Shown one piece after another: positions 1 to 15,600 of a DNA stretch of 64,000 nucleotides. Location: NCBI RefSeq assembly GCF_009914755.1, contig NC_060933.1; one strand, written 5' to 3'. The stretch comes from the human T2T-CHM13v2.0 reference genome, Homo sapiens. Position 1 is the first letter of the stretch. Each line of letters opens with the position of its first letter. A program made the translations under genes and the position numbers. The notes under the pieces are model-generated. The model saw only the letters and a list, made by a program, of their open reading frames with translations, made no database searches and was not told where the DNA came from.

Positions 1-3000
1 ATTCCATTCCGTTTCATTCCATTGCATTCCACAGGAGTTAATTCCATTGCATTCCATTCCATATCATTCCCCGCCACTCCTTTCGATTCAATTCCATTCC
101 ATTCCATTCGGGTAATTTCCATTCCCTTCCATTCCCTTCTATTCCTTTCCACTCAGGTTGACATGATTCCATTCCTTTGCCTTCCATTCCATTACACTTG
201 CTTGATTCCATTCCATTCTATTCCGTTCCATTCCATTCCATTCCCTTCCATTGCACTCGGGTTGATTCAGTTCCATTCCGTTCCATTCCACGCCAGTTGA
301 TTCCATTCCATTCCATTCCCTTTCATTCCATTCCACTCCATTCGATTGGATTCCATTCCATTCCATTCAGGTATATTCCATTCCATTCCATTCTATTCCA
401 TTCCTTTCCATTCGGGTAGATTTCATTCCATTGAATTCCATTCCATTCCCTTCCATTCCACTCGGGTTGTTTCCATTCCATTCAATTCCATTCCACTGCA
501 TTTAATTCCATTCCGTTCCATTCCTTTCCAGTTGATTCCATTCCATTCAATTCCATTCCAATGCATTCCATTCCATTCCATTCCATTCCATTCCACTCCA
601 TTCCATTCCATTCCGTTCCGTTCCGTTCCATTCCGTTCCATTCCATTCTATTCCATTCCAATCCATTCCCTTCTATTCCACTCGGGTTGATTCCATTCCT
701 TTCCATTCCACTCGATTACATTCCCTCCCATTCCACTCGGAATGATTCCATTCCATTCCATTCCATTGTATTCAATTCCAATCCATTCCATTCCATTCCA
801 TTCCATGTGAATTGATTCCATTCCATTCCATTCCATTCCATTCCATTCCATTCCATTCCGTTCCATTCCACTAAATTCCATTCCATTCGGGTTGATTCTA
901 TTCAATTCCTTTACACTCCATTCCATTCCACACAATTCCATTCCATTCCATTCCATTCCATTCCATTCTATACCATTCCATGCCATTACATTCGGGTTTA
1001 TTCCATTCCACTCCATTCCACTCGGGTTGGTTCCATTCCAATCAATTCCATTCTAATTCATTCCTTTATACTCGATTCCATTCCATTCCATTTGGGTTGA
1101 TTCCATTCCATTGCGTTCCATTCCATTCCATTTCATTCCATTCCATTCCATTCCATTCCATTCCATTCCATTCCATTCCAATCCTTTCCATTCCTTTCCA
1201 TTCCATTGCTTTACACTTTGTTTCACTCCATTCCATTCCATTCCTTTCCATTCCATTCCAATCCATTCCATTCCATTCCATTCCATTCCTCTCGGGTAGA
1301 TTCCATTCCATTCGATTCCATTCCATTCCATTCCATTCCATTCCATTCCATTCCATTCCATTCAATTCCATTTCATTCCATTTCATTCCTTTTCTTTCCA
1401 TTGCATTCCATTCCATTCCATTCTATTTGGGTTGATTCCATTCGATTCCATTCCATTGCTTTCCATTCCATTCCATTCCATTCCATTCCATTCCATTCCA
1501 TTCCATTCCATACAATTCCATTCCATTCCTTTCCATTCCATTGAACTAGGGTTGATTCCATTGCATTGTCTTCCATTCCATTCCATTCCATACCATTCCA
1601 TTCCATTCCACTCGTGTTTACTCCATTCCATTCCAGTTGATTCCATTCCATTCTAATCCATTCCATTCCATGCCATTTCACTCGGGTTGTTTCCATTCCA
1701 ATACTTTCCCTTCCATTCCATTCCATTCCACTCACGTTGATTCCATTCCTTTCCATTCCACTCCATTGCATTCCCTTCCATTCCACTCGGAGTGATTCCA
1801 CTCCATTCCATTCCATTCCATTGCATTCCATTCCAATCCACTTCTTTCCATTCCATTCCACTCGATTTGATTTCATTCCATTCCGTTCCATTCCATTCCT
1901 TTCAGGTTGATTCTATTCAATTCCTTTCACCACCATTGCACTCCATTCCATTTTACACCTTTCAATTCCATTCCATTCCATTCCAATCGGTTTGATTCCA
2001 TTTCATTCCATTTCATTCCATTCTGTTATTTTCCGTTCCATTCCATTCCATTCCATTCCATTCCATTCCATTCCGTTCCATTCTATGCAATTCCACTCGG
2101 GTTGATTCCATTCCATTTCATTCCATTCCGTTTCATTCCATTGCATTCCACAGGAGTTGATTCCATTGCATTCCATTCCATATCATTCCTCGCCACTCCA
2201 TTCGATTCGATTCCATTCCATTCCATTCGGGTAATTTCCATTCCATTCCATTCCCTTCTATTCCATTCCACTCAGGTTGACAGGATTCCATTCCATTGCC
2301 TTCCATTCCATTATAGTTGCTTGATTCCATTCCATTCTATTCCTTTCCATTCCATTCCATTCCCTTCCATTGCACTCGGGTTGATTCAGTTCCATTCCGT
2401 TCCATTCCACGCCAGTTGATTCCATTCCATTCCATTCCCTTTCATTCCATTCCACTCCATTCGATTGGATTCCATTCCATTCCATTCGGGTATTATTCCA
2501 TTCCATTCCATTCTATTCCATTCCTTTCCATTCGGGTAGATTCCATTCCATTCTATTCCATTCCATTCACTTCTATTCCACTCGGGTTGTTTCCATTCCA
2601 TTCAATTCCATTCCACTCCGTTTAATTCCATTCCGTTTCATTTCTTTCCAGTTGATTCCATTCCATTCAATTCCATTCCAATCCATTCCATTCCATTCCA
2701 TTCCATTCCATTCCATTCCATTCCATTCCATTCCACTCGGGTTGATTCCATTCCATTCCATTCCATTCCATTCCATTCCATTCCATTCCATTCCATTGCA
2801 CTCGGGTTGATTCCGTTGCATTCCATTCTATTTCATTCCATTGCATTCCATTTCATACCATTCCATTCCATTCCATTCCATTGCATTCCACTAGGTTTGA
2901 TTCCATTCCATTATATTCCAATCCATTCCATTCAGTTCCATTTCATTCCTTTACATTCCGTTCCATTCGGGTCCATTGCACTCCACTCTACTCGGTGTGA

Positions 3001-6000
3001 TTGCATTTCATTCCATTTCATCCTATTCCATTCCATTCCATTCCATTCCATTCCAGTCTTTTTGACTCAGTTCCATTCTACGCGAGTTGATTCCATTCCA
3101 TTCTATTCAATTTCATTGCGTTCAACTCCATTCGATTACATACCATTCCATTCCATTCGGGTAGATTCCATTCCATTCCTTTCCATTCCATTCCATTCCA
3201 TTCCATTCCATTCCATTCTGGTAGATTCCATTCCATTCCATTCCATTCCATTCCATTCCATTCCATTCCATTGCACTCGTGTTGATTCCAATCCCTTCCA
3301 TTCCATTCCATTCCATTCCATTCCTTTCCATTCCATTCCATTCCATTCCATTCCTTTCCATTCCATTCCACTCGGTTTGACACCTTTCCATTCCGTTCCA
3401 TTCCATTGCATTCCCTTCCATTCCACTCGGGTTGATTCCATTCCTTTCCATTCCACTCGATTACATTCCCCTCTTTTCTACTCGGGTTAATTCCATTCCA
3501 CTCCTTTTCATTGAGTTCCATTCCCTCCATTCCACCCGGTTTGTTTCCATAATTTTCCATTCCACTCGATTACATTCCCTTCCATTCCACTCGGAATGAT
3601 TCCGTTCCATTTCATTCCATTCCATTCCATTCCATTCCATTGAATTGCATTCCATTCCAATCCATTCCATTCCATTCCATTCCACTCGAGTTGATTCCAT
3701 TCCATTCCATTCCGTTCCATTCCATTCCATTCCATTCCTTTCCATTCCATTCCATTACATTCGGGTTGATTCTATTGAATTCCTTTACACTCCGTACCAT
3801 TCCATTCCATTCCACACAATTCCATTCCATTCCAATCCATTCCAATTGGGTGGAATCCATTACATTCCAATTCGTTCCATTCAATTCCATTCCATTCCAT
3901 TCCAATCGAGTTGATTCCATTCCATTTATTTCCATTCCAATCCATTGAATTTCATTCCATTCCATGCCATTCTAGTCGTTTCCATTCCATTCCATTCCAT
4001 TCGGGTAGATTCCATTCCATTCCATTCCATTCCATTCCATTCCATTCCAATCCATTCCACTCGGGTTGATTCCATTCCGTTCCATTCCATTCCATTCCAT
4101 TCCATTCCATTCCATTCCATTCCATTGCATTCCATTCTCTTGCATTCCACTCGGGTTGATTCCATTCCATTCGATTCCATTCCATTCCATCTACTTTCAT
4201 TCCATTCAATTCCATTCCATTCCAGTGGATTGCATTCCATTCCACTCCATTCCATTCCACTCGTGTTGAGTGGAATTCCATTCCACTCTATTCCATTTCA
4301 ATATATTCCATTCCAGTAAATTCCATTCCATTCCATTCCATTCCATTCCATTGCAGTCCATTCCACTCGTGTTGATTACTTTCCATTCCATTAAATTCTA
4401 TTCCATTCCTTTCCATTCCATTCCATTCCATTGCATTTCATTCCATTGCACTCCATTCGATTCCATTCCATTCCATTCTATTCGGGTAGATTCCATTCCA
4501 TTGCATTCCATTCCATTCCATTCCATTCCATTCCATTCCATATGCGTAAATTCCATTCGATTCCATTCGATTCCATTCCATTCCATTCGGGTAGATTCCA
4601 TTCCATTCCATTCCATTGCATTCCATTCCATTCCATTCCATTCCATTCCATTCCATTCCATTCCATTCCATTCCATTCTGGTTGATTCTATTCAATTCCT
4701 TTACACCCCATTCCATTCCGTTCCATTCCACACAATTCCATTCCATTCCATTCCATTCCATTCCATTCCATTGCATTCCATTCCATGCCATTACATTCGG
4801 GTTTATACCATTCCATTCCATTCCACTCGGGTTGGTTCCATTCCAATCCATTCCATTCTAATCCATTCCTTTCTATTCCATTCCATTCCATTCCACTTGG
4901 TTTGATTCCATTCCACTGCATTCCATTCCATTCCATTCCATTCCATTCCAGTCGGGTTGTTTCCATTCCATTCAATTCCATTCCTTTCCATTCCTTTCCA
5001 TTCCTTTGCTTTCCACTTTGTTTCACACCATTCCATTCCATTCCGCTCCATTCCATTCCATTCCATTCCATTCCATTCGGGAAGATTCCATTCCATTCGA
5101 TTCCATTCCATTCCATTCCATTCCATTCCATTACATTTAATTCCAATCCATTCCATTTCATTCCATTTCATTCCATTGCATTCCATTCCATTCCATTTGG
5201 GTTGATTGCATTCTATTCCATTCCATTGTTTTCCATTCCATTCCATTCCATTCCATTCCATTCCATTCCATTCCATTCCATTCCTTTCCATCCCATTGAA
5301 CTCGGGTTGATTCCATTCCATTCTGTCCCATTCCATTCCATTCCATACCATTCCATTCCATTCCACTCGTGTTTATTCCATTCCATTCCTTTCCATTCCA
5401 TTCCATTCCATTCCTCTCGTGTTGATACCATTCCATTCCATTCCATTCCACTCTTTTTGATTCCATTCCTTTCCAAACCATTCCATTCCATTCCAATCCA
5501 TTCCATTCCACTATGATTGATTCCATTCCATTCCATTCCATTACATTACATTCCCTTCCATTCCACTCAGGTTTATTCCACTCCATTCAATTCCACTCCG
5601 TTCCATTTAATTTCATTTCATTCCATTCCATTCCATTTGATTCCATTCCATTCCATTCCATTCCATTCCATACTATTCCACTCGGGTTGATTCCATTCCA
5701 TTCCATTGCATTCCATTCCAGTTTATTCCTTTCCATTAAATTCCATTCCATTCCATTCCATTCCTTCCATGCCACTCGGTTTGATTCCATTCCATTCCTT
5801 TCCATTCCGTTCCATTCCATTCCATTCCATTCCATTCCATTCCATTCCATTCCATTTCATTCCATTCCACTCTGGTTGATTCCATTCCACTCCATTCCAT
5901 TCCGTTCAATTCAATTCCATTCCATTCCATTCCACTCGGCTTGATTGCATTCAATTCAATTCCATTCGTTTCAGTTTGATTCCATTCCATTCCGTTTCAT

Positions 6001-6190
6001 TCCATTCCATTCCATTCCACTCGGGTTTATTCCATTCCGTTTCATTCCATTCCATTCCATTCCACTCGGGTTTAATCCATTCCATTTCATTCCATTCCAT
6101 TCCATTCCAGTTGATTCCATTCCATTCCTTTACATTCCATTGCATTCCATTCCATGTGTCGATTCCATTCCATTCCATTCCATTCCATTC

Positions 6191-6600
6191 CACTCCTTAG
6201 CGTTCCATTCAGTTTGCTCATCCCATTCCATTCCATTCCATTCCATTCGGGGTGAATCCATCTTATTCCCTTCGTTTCCATTCCTTTCCATTCCATTCCA
6301 TTCCATTCCATTCCACTCGGTTTCATTCCATTCCATTCAATTCCATTCTATTGCATTCCATTCCATTCCTTTCCATTACGATCCATTCCATTCCACTCCT
6401 TAGCGTTCCATTCAGTTTGCTCATCCCATTCCATTCCATTCCATTCCATTCGGGGTGAATCCATGTTATTCCCTTCGTTTCCATTCCTTTCCATTTCATT
6501 CCATTCCATTCCATTCCATTCCACTCGGTTTCATTCCATTCCATTCAATTCCATTCTATTGCATTCCATTCCTTTCCTTTCCATTACGATCCATTCCATT
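6191..6600 (+). repeat. Recent 203-bp tandem duplication inside HSat3
   Basis: CACTCCTTAGCGTTCCATTCAGTTTGCTCATCCC occurs at 6191 and 6394, each followed by TTCGGGGTGAATCCAT..TTATTCCCTTCGTTT and CCATTACGATCC. Confidence 0.85.
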
Positions 6601-9600
6601 CCACTCCCGTTTATTCCATCGCATTCCTTTCCATTCCATTCCATTCGTTTCCATTCCAGTGGGGTTGATTCCATTCCATTCAAATCCATTCCATTCCATT
6701 TAATTCCATTCCATTCCATTCCTTTGCATTTCATTCTATTCCATTCCTTTCCTCTCGCGTTGATTCCGTTCCACTCCATTCCATTCTATTCTATTCCATT
6801 CCTTTCCATTCCATTCTACTCGGGTTGATTCCATTCCATTCCATTCCATTCCAAACAATTCTATTCCATTCCACTGGGGTTGATTCCATTCCATTCCATT
6901 CCACTCCATTCTGGTTGATTCCATTCTATTCAATTCCATTCCATTCCATTCTGATCCATTCAATTTCAGTTGGTTTCATTCCATTAAATTCCATTCAATT
7001 CCATTCCATTCCTTTCCATTCCACTGCAGTTAATTCCATTCCTTTCCATTCCATTCCATTCCATTCCCTTCCATTCTACTCTGGTTGGTTCCATTCCAGT
7101 CCATTCCATTCCATTCCAATCCATTCCATTCCATTCCTTTCCATTCGACTCGAGTTGATTCGATTCCATTCCATTCTATTCTTTTCCATTCCATTCCATT
7201 CCATTCCATTCCATTCCATTGAATGCGTGGTGATCCATTCAATTCCATTCAACCCCATTCCACTCCATTACAATCCATTCCATTCCATTCCATTCCATTC
7301 CATTCCATTCCATTCCATTCAATTCCATTCCATTCATGTTGATTCCTTTCCATTTCATTTCCTTCATTCCATTCCATTCCATTCGGGTAGAATCCATTCC
7401 ATTCCATTCCATTCCACTCCCTTCCATTCCACTGGGGTTGATTCCATTCCATTCCATTACATTCCATTCCAATCCATTCCATTCCATTCCGTTCAATTCG
7501 ACTCGAGTTGATTCGATTACATTCCATTCCATTCTATTCCATTCCATTCCATTCGTTTCCATTGCATTAATGTTGATCCATTCAATTCCATTCCACCCCA
7601 TTCCACTCCATTCCATTCCACTCCATTCCATTCCCTTCCATTCCTTCCATTCCATTCCCTTCCATTCCATTCATGTTGATTCCTTTCCATTTCATTTCGT
7701 TCATTCCATTCCAATCCATTCCATTCCACTAGGGATGATTTCATACAATTCCATTCCATTCTATTCCATTCCATTCCACTGGTGTTGATTCCTTTCCATT
7801 CTATTGCATTTCATTCTCTTCCATTCCATTCAGGTTGATTCCATTCCATTCAATTCCATTCCATTCAATTTCATTCCATTCCATTCCAGGCGAGTTGATT
7901 CCATGCCATTCCATTCCATTTCATTCCATTCCACTCCATTCGATTCCATTCCATTCCATTCAATTCGGGTAGATTCCATTCCATTCAATTCCATTCCACT
8001 CCATTCCATTCCACTCGGGTAGATTCCATTCCATTCCTTTCCATTCCATTCCATTCCATTCCATTCCATTCCATGCCATTCTACTCGGGAAGTTTCCATT
8101 CCATTCCATTCCATTCCATTCCATTCCATTCCATTCCATTCCATTTCATTCCATTCCATTCCATTCCATTCCATTCCATTCCATTCCATTTCATTCCATT
8201 CTACTCCATTCGATTCCATTCCATTCCATTCCAATTGGGTAGATTCCATTCCATTCCATTCCATTCCATTCCATTCCATTCCATTCCATTTCATTCCATT
8301 CCATTCCATTCCATTTCATTCCATTTCTTTCCATTCCTTTCCATTCCATTCCAATCGGGTTGATTACACTCCATTGCATTCCATTCCGTTCCATTCTATT
8401 CGGGTTGATTCTATTCCATTCCATTCCATCCAATTCCATTGCATTCCATTACACTCGTGTTTATCCCATTGCATTCCATACCATTTCATTCCATTCCATT
8501 CCAATCGATTGCATTCCATTCCATACCATTCCATTCGGTTTGATTCCATTCCATTCCATTCCATTCCATTCCATTTCATTCCATTCAGTTGATTCCATTC
8601 CATTCCATTCCACTCCATTCCATTCCATTTCATTCCATTCCATTCCACTCCACTCTGGTTGATTCCATTGCATTCCATTCTATTCCATTCAGTTGATTCC
8701 ATTCCAATCCATTCCATTCCATTCCATTCCATTCCATTCCATTCCATTCCATTCCATTCCTTTCCATTCCATTCCCTTCCATTCCACTCTGGTTAATTCC
8801 TTTCCTTTCCGTTAACTTCCATTCTATTCCATTCCTTTGACTCTTGTTGATTCCTTTCCATTCCATTCAATTTCATTCCCTTCCATTCAAATCGGGTTGA
8901 TTCCATTCGATTCAATTCCATTCCATTCTATTTCATTCCATTCCACTCCATTCGATTCCATTCCTTTCCATTCCATTCGGGTAGATTCCATTCCATTCCA
9001 TTCCCTTCCATTGCACTCTTGTTGATTACTTTCCTTTCCGTTCTCTTCCATTCTATTCCATTCCTTTCCACTCGTGTTGATTCCTTTCCATTCCATTCCA
9101 TTCCATTCCCTTTCATTCCACTCGTTTTTTTTCTATTCCTTTCAATTCCATTCCATTCCATTCCATTTGGGTAGATTCCATTCCATTCCATTCCATTCCA
9201 TTGCATTCCATTCAATTCCATTCCATTCCATTCAACACGGGTTTATTCCATTCCATTCCATTCCTTTCCCTTCCATTACACTCCGGTTCATTCCATTTCA
9301 TTCCATTCCATTCCATTCCTTTCCATTCCATTCCAGTTGATTCCATTCCATTCCATTCCATTCCATTCCTTTCTATTCCATTCCATTCCATTCCATTCCA
9401 TTCCTTTCTATTCCATTCCATTCCACTCGCGTTGATTCCACTCCATTCCATTTCATTATATTCCATTCCAGTAAATTCCATTCCATTCCATTCCCCTTGG
9501 GATCTTGCCATTCCATTAAAATCCATTCCATTCCTTTCCTTTCCATTCCATTCTGGTTGATTCCATTCCATTCCATTCCATTCCATTGCATTCCATTCCA

Positions 9601-12600
9601 TTCTAGTCCATTGCACTAGGTTTGATTCCATTCCACTACATTGCAATACACTCTATTCAATTCCATTTCATTGCTTTCCATTCCATTCCATTTCATTCCA
9701 TTCCAATCCACTCCACTCGGGAGTATTCCATTTCTTTCCATTCCATTCCTTTCCCTTCCATTCCACTGGGGTTGATTCCATTCCATTCCTTTCCATTCCA
9801 TTCCTTTCCATTCCATTCCACTCGTGTTGATTCTATTCCATTCCATTCCATTCCATTCCATTCCATTCCATTCCATTCCATTCCATTCCATTGCACTCGG
9901 GTTGATTCCATTCCATTCCATTACATTCCATTCTATTCCAGTCCATTGCACTAGGTTTGATTCCATTGCATTACATTCCAATCCATTCCAGTCAATTCAA
10001 TTTCATTGCTATCCATTCCATTCCTTTCGATTCCATTCCACTCCACTCCACTCGGGTTGATTCCATTCCGTTTCATTCCATTCCATTCCTTTCCATTCCA
10101 TTCCACTGGGGTTGATTCCTTTCAATTGCATTCCATTCCATTCGATTCCATTGACTCGGGTTGATTCCATTGCATTCCATTCCATTTCATTCCATTCCAT
10201 TCCATTTCATACCATTCCGTTCCATTCCATTCCATTCCATTCCATTCCATTCCATTCCATTCCAGTACGTTTGATTCCATTCCATTACGTTCCCATCCAT
10301 TCCATTCAGTTCCATTTCATTGATTTACATTCCATTCCATTCTGTTCCATTCCACTCCACTCTACTCGGGTTGATTGCATTTCATTCCATTCCATTCCAT
10401 TCCATTCCATTCCATTCCATTCCATTCCATTCCATTGCACTCTTTTTGATTCAGTTGCATTCCATTCCATTCCATTCCTTTCGGATTAATTCCATTCCAT
10501 TCCATTCCATTCCGTTCCATTGCATTCCACTAGCGTTGATTCCCTTCCATTGATTTCCATTCCATTCCATTCGTTTCATTTCCATTCCCTTCCACTCGGG
10601 TTGATTCCATTACATTCCATTCCTTTCCATTCCACTCAATTCCAGTCCATTCCATTGCATTCCATTCCATTTCATTCCATTTGATTCCAATCCATTCCAT
10701 TTTATTTAATTATATGCCATTCCATTACACTCGGGTTGATTCCATTCCATTTCATTCCATTCCATTCCATTCCATTCCATTCCATTCCATTCCATTCCAT
10801 TCCATTCCATTCCATTCCATTCCATTCCACTCGGGTTGATTCCATTCCGTTCCATTCAATTTCATTCCACACGGGTTGATTCCATTCCGTTCCATTCGAT
10901 TCCATTCCATTCCATTCCATTGCATTCGGGTTGACTCCACTCCATTCCATTCCATTCCATTCCACTCCGGTTGGCTCCATTTCATTCGTTTCCATTACAT
11001 TCCATTCCACTCAATTCCATTCCTTTCCATTCCAGTGTGTTGATTCCATTCCATCCCATTCCACTCAGTCCCATTCCATTCCATTCCATTCCATTCCATT
11101 CCATTCTATTCCATTCCACTGCGGTTGATTCCATTCCGTTCCTTTCCATTCCATTCCATTCCACTCGCGTTCATTCCATTCGATTGCTTTCCTTTCCATT
11201 CCATTCGATTGCATTCCACTCCATTCCTAACTGGTTGATTCTGTTCCATTCCATTCCATTCCATTCCATTGCCTTCCAGTTGATTCCATTCCATTCCATT
11301 CCATTTAAATCCATTGCATTCCTTTGCAATCCATTCCATTCCATTGCATTCCACTTCATTCCATTCCACTCGGGATGAATCCATTCCATTTCATTCCATT
11401 CCATTCCATTCCATTCATTTCCATTCCATTCCACTCTGGATGATTCCATTCCATTCCATTCCATTCCATTCCATTCCATTCCATTCCATTCCATTCCATT
11501 CCTTTAAGTTCCATTCCCTTCCATTCCCCTCGGGTTGATTCCATTCCATTCCATTCCATTCCATTCCATTCCATTCCATTCCACTCTGGTTGATTCCATT
11601 CTATTCCATTCCATTCCATTCCATTCCATTCCATTCCTTTCCTTTCCATTCCATTGCATGCCTGTTGATTGCATTATATTCCATTCCATTCAGTCCCATT
11701 CCATTCCATTCCACTCCATTCATTTCTACTCTGTTTGATTCCATTCAATTCCATTCCATTCAATTCCATTCCATTCCATTCCATGCTTGTTGATTCCATT
11801 ACATTACTTTCCATTGCATTCCATTCCTTTGCATTCCGTTGCAATGCATTCCATTCCATTCCATTCCATTCCATTCCATTTGGGTTGATTTCAATCCATT
11901 CGTTTCAATTCCATTCCATTCCATTCCATTCCATTCCATTCCATTCTATTCCATTCCATTCCATTCCATTCCACTCGGGTTTTTTCCATTCTGTTCCTTT
12001 CCATTCCTTTCCATTCCATGCTCGTTCATTCTATTCCATTCCTTCCCTTTCCATTCCATTCGATTGCATTCTGCTCCGTCCCATTCGGGTTGATTTCATT
12101 CCATTCCATTCCATTCCATACCATTCCATTGAATTCCAGTTGATTCCATTCCATTCCTTTCCATTCCATTGCAATCCATTGCGTTCCATTGCATTCCACG
12201 TCATTACATTCCACTCGGGATGAATCTATTCCGTTGCATTCCATTCCATTCCATTCCATTCCTTTCCAATCCATTCCATTCCATTCCATTCCATTCCATT
12301 CCATTCCATTCCATTCCTTTCCATTCCATTCCATTAAATTCCATTCCACTCCATTCTATTCCATTCCATTCATTTCCATTCCATTCCACTCTGGTTGATT
12401 CCATTCCATTCCATTCCATTCCATTCCTTTCCGTTCCATTGCATTCCATTCCCCTCGGGTTGATTCCATTGCATTCCATTCCATTCCATTCCATTCCTTT
12501 CCGTTCCGCTCCATTCCATTCCATTCCAATCTGGTTGATTCCATTCCATTCCATTCCATTCCATTCCTTTCCATTCCATTGCATTCCATTCCCCTCGGGT

Positions 12601-15600
12601 TGATTCCATTCCATTCCATTCCATTCCATTCCATTCCATTCCATTCCTTTCCATTCCATTCCATTCCATTCCATTCCATTCCATTTCATTCCATTCCATT
12701 CCATTCCATTCCATTCCATTCCATTCCATTCCATTTCATTCCACTCGTGTTGATTCCATTCCATTCCATTCCATTCCATTCTATTCCATTCCCTTCCATT
12801 CCTCTCTGGTTGATTCCATTCCACTCCATTCCATTCCATTCCGTTCCACTCGGGTGGAATCCATTCAATTCCGTTCCATTCTAATCCATTTCATTCAATT
12901 CCTTTCCATTCCATTCCATTCGGATTGATACCATTCCATTCCATTCCATTCCACTCGGGTTCATTCCATTCCATTCCATTATATTCCATTCCATTCCATT
13001 CCATTTCATTGTGTTTAATTCCAACCCTTTCCACTCCATTCCATTCCATTCCATTCTTTTCCATTCCATTCCATTCCATTCCATTCCACTACATTCCATA
13101 CCTCTCATGTTGATTCCACTCCAGTCCATTGCATTCCATTCCAATCCAGTCCATTCCACTCTATTCCATTATATTCCACTAGGGTTGATTCTACTCCATT
13201 CCATTGCATTCCATTGCGTTCTATTCCATTCCTCTCTGGTTGATTCCATTCCACTCCATTCCATTCCATTCCACTCGACTTGATTCCATTCCATTGAATT
13301 CCATTTCATTCCATTCTACTCCATTCCATTGCATTCCATTCAATTCCATTCCATTCTGCTTGATTCCTATCCATTCCATTCCATTCCATTCAATTTGATT
13401 CCATTCCATTCGATTCCATTCCATTCTTATCCATTCCATTCCATTCCATTCTTTTCTATTCCATTCCAATCGGGTTGATTCCATTCCATTCCATTCCATT
13501 ACCTTACATTACATTCTTTTCGAGTTGATTCCATTCCATTCCATTCCATTCCTTTCCATTCCATTCCACTGGGGTTGATTACATTCAATTGCATTCCATT
13601 CCATTCCATTCCATTGACTCGGGTTGATTCCACTGCATTCCATTCCATTTCATTCCATTCGTTTCCATTTCATACCATTCCATTCCATTCCATTCCATTC
13701 CACTACGTTTGATTCCATTCCATTACATTCCCATCCATTCCATTCAGTTCCATTTCATTGATTTACATTCCATTTCATTCTGTTCCATTCCACTCCACTC
13801 TAATCGGGTTGATTGCATTTCATTCCATTTAGTTCCATTCCATTCCATTCCATTCCACTCTTTTTGATTCAGTTCCATTACATTCCATTCCATTGCGTTC
13901 GGATTAATTCCATTCCATTCCATTCCATTCCGTTCCATTGCATTCCACTCACGTTGATTCCCTTCCATTGTTTTCCATTCCATTCCATTCGTTTCATTTC
14001 CATTCCCTTCTACTCGGTTTGATTCCATTATATTCCATTCCTTTCCATTCCACTCAATTCCAGTCCATTCCATTCCATTCCATTCCACTCCATTCCATTC
14101 CACTCGGATTGATTCCATTCCTTTCCATTCGATTCCATTCCATTCCGTTCCATTCCATTTCATTCCACTCGGGTTGATTCCAGTCCGTTCCATTCGATTC
14201 CATTCCATTCCATTCCATTGCACTCGGGTTGAATCCACTCCATTCCATTCCATTCCATTCCACTCCTGTTGGCTACATTTCATTCGTTTCCATCACATTC
14301 CATTCCACTCAATTCCATTCCTTTCCATTCCAGTGTGTTGATTCCATTCCATCCCATTCCACTCAGTCCCATTCCATTCCATTCCATTCCATTCCATTCC
14401 ATTCTATTCCATTCCACTCGGGTTGATTCTATTCCATTCCTTTCCATTCCATTCCATTCCGTTCCACTCGTGTTCATTCCATTCGATTCCTTTCCTTTCC
14501 ATTCTATTCGATTGCATTCCACTCCATTCCTATCGGGTTGATTCTATTCCATTCCATTCCATTCCATTCCATTGCCTTCCAGTTGATTCCATTCCATTCC
14601 ATTCCATTTAATTCCATTGCATTCCATTGCAATCCATTCCAATCCATTGCATTCCACTTCATTCCATTCCACTCGGGATGAATCCATTCCGTTTCATTCC
14701 ATTCCATTCCATTCCATTCATTTCCATTCCATTCCACTCTGGATGATTCCATTCCATTCCATTCCATTCCATTCCATTCCATTCCATTCCATTCCTTTAA
14801 GTTCCATTCCCTTCCATTCCCCTCGGGTTGATTCCATTCCATTCCATTCCACTCCATTCCATTCCATTCCATTCCATTCCATTCCATTCCTCTCTGGTTG
14901 ATTCCATTCCACTCCATTCCATTCCACTCCATTCCATTCCTTTCCATTCCATTCCATTCCATTCCATTCCATTCCATTTGGGTTGAATACAATCCATTCC
15001 ATCAAATTCCACTCCATTCCATTCCATTCTATTTCAATCGCGTTGTTTCCATTCCATTACGTTCCATTCAATTCGATTCCACTCGGGTTGAATCCATTTC
15101 ATTCCATTCCATTCCACTCGGGTGGAATCCATTCAATTCCGTTCCATTCTAATCCATTTCATTCAATTCCTTTCCATTCCATTCCACTCGGATTGATACC
15201 ATTCCATTCCATTCCATTCCACTCGGGTTCATTCCATTCCATTCCAGTATATTCCATTCCATTCCATTCCATTCTGTTTGATTCCAACCCTTTCCACTCC
15301 ATTCCATTCCATTCTATTCCATTCTTTTCCATTCCATTCCATTCTATTCTATTCCACTACATTCCATACCACTCGTGTTGATTCCATTCCAGTGCATTGC
15401 ATTCCTTTCCATACCAGTCCATTCCATTCTATTCCTTTCTATTCCACTAGGGTTGATTCTACTCCATTCCATTGCATTCCATTCCATTCCATTCCATTCC
15501 ATTCCATTCCATTCCTCTCTGGTTGATTCCATTCCACTCCATTCCATTGCATTCCATTCCATTCCATTCCATTCCTTTCCATTCTATTCCAATCGGGTTG

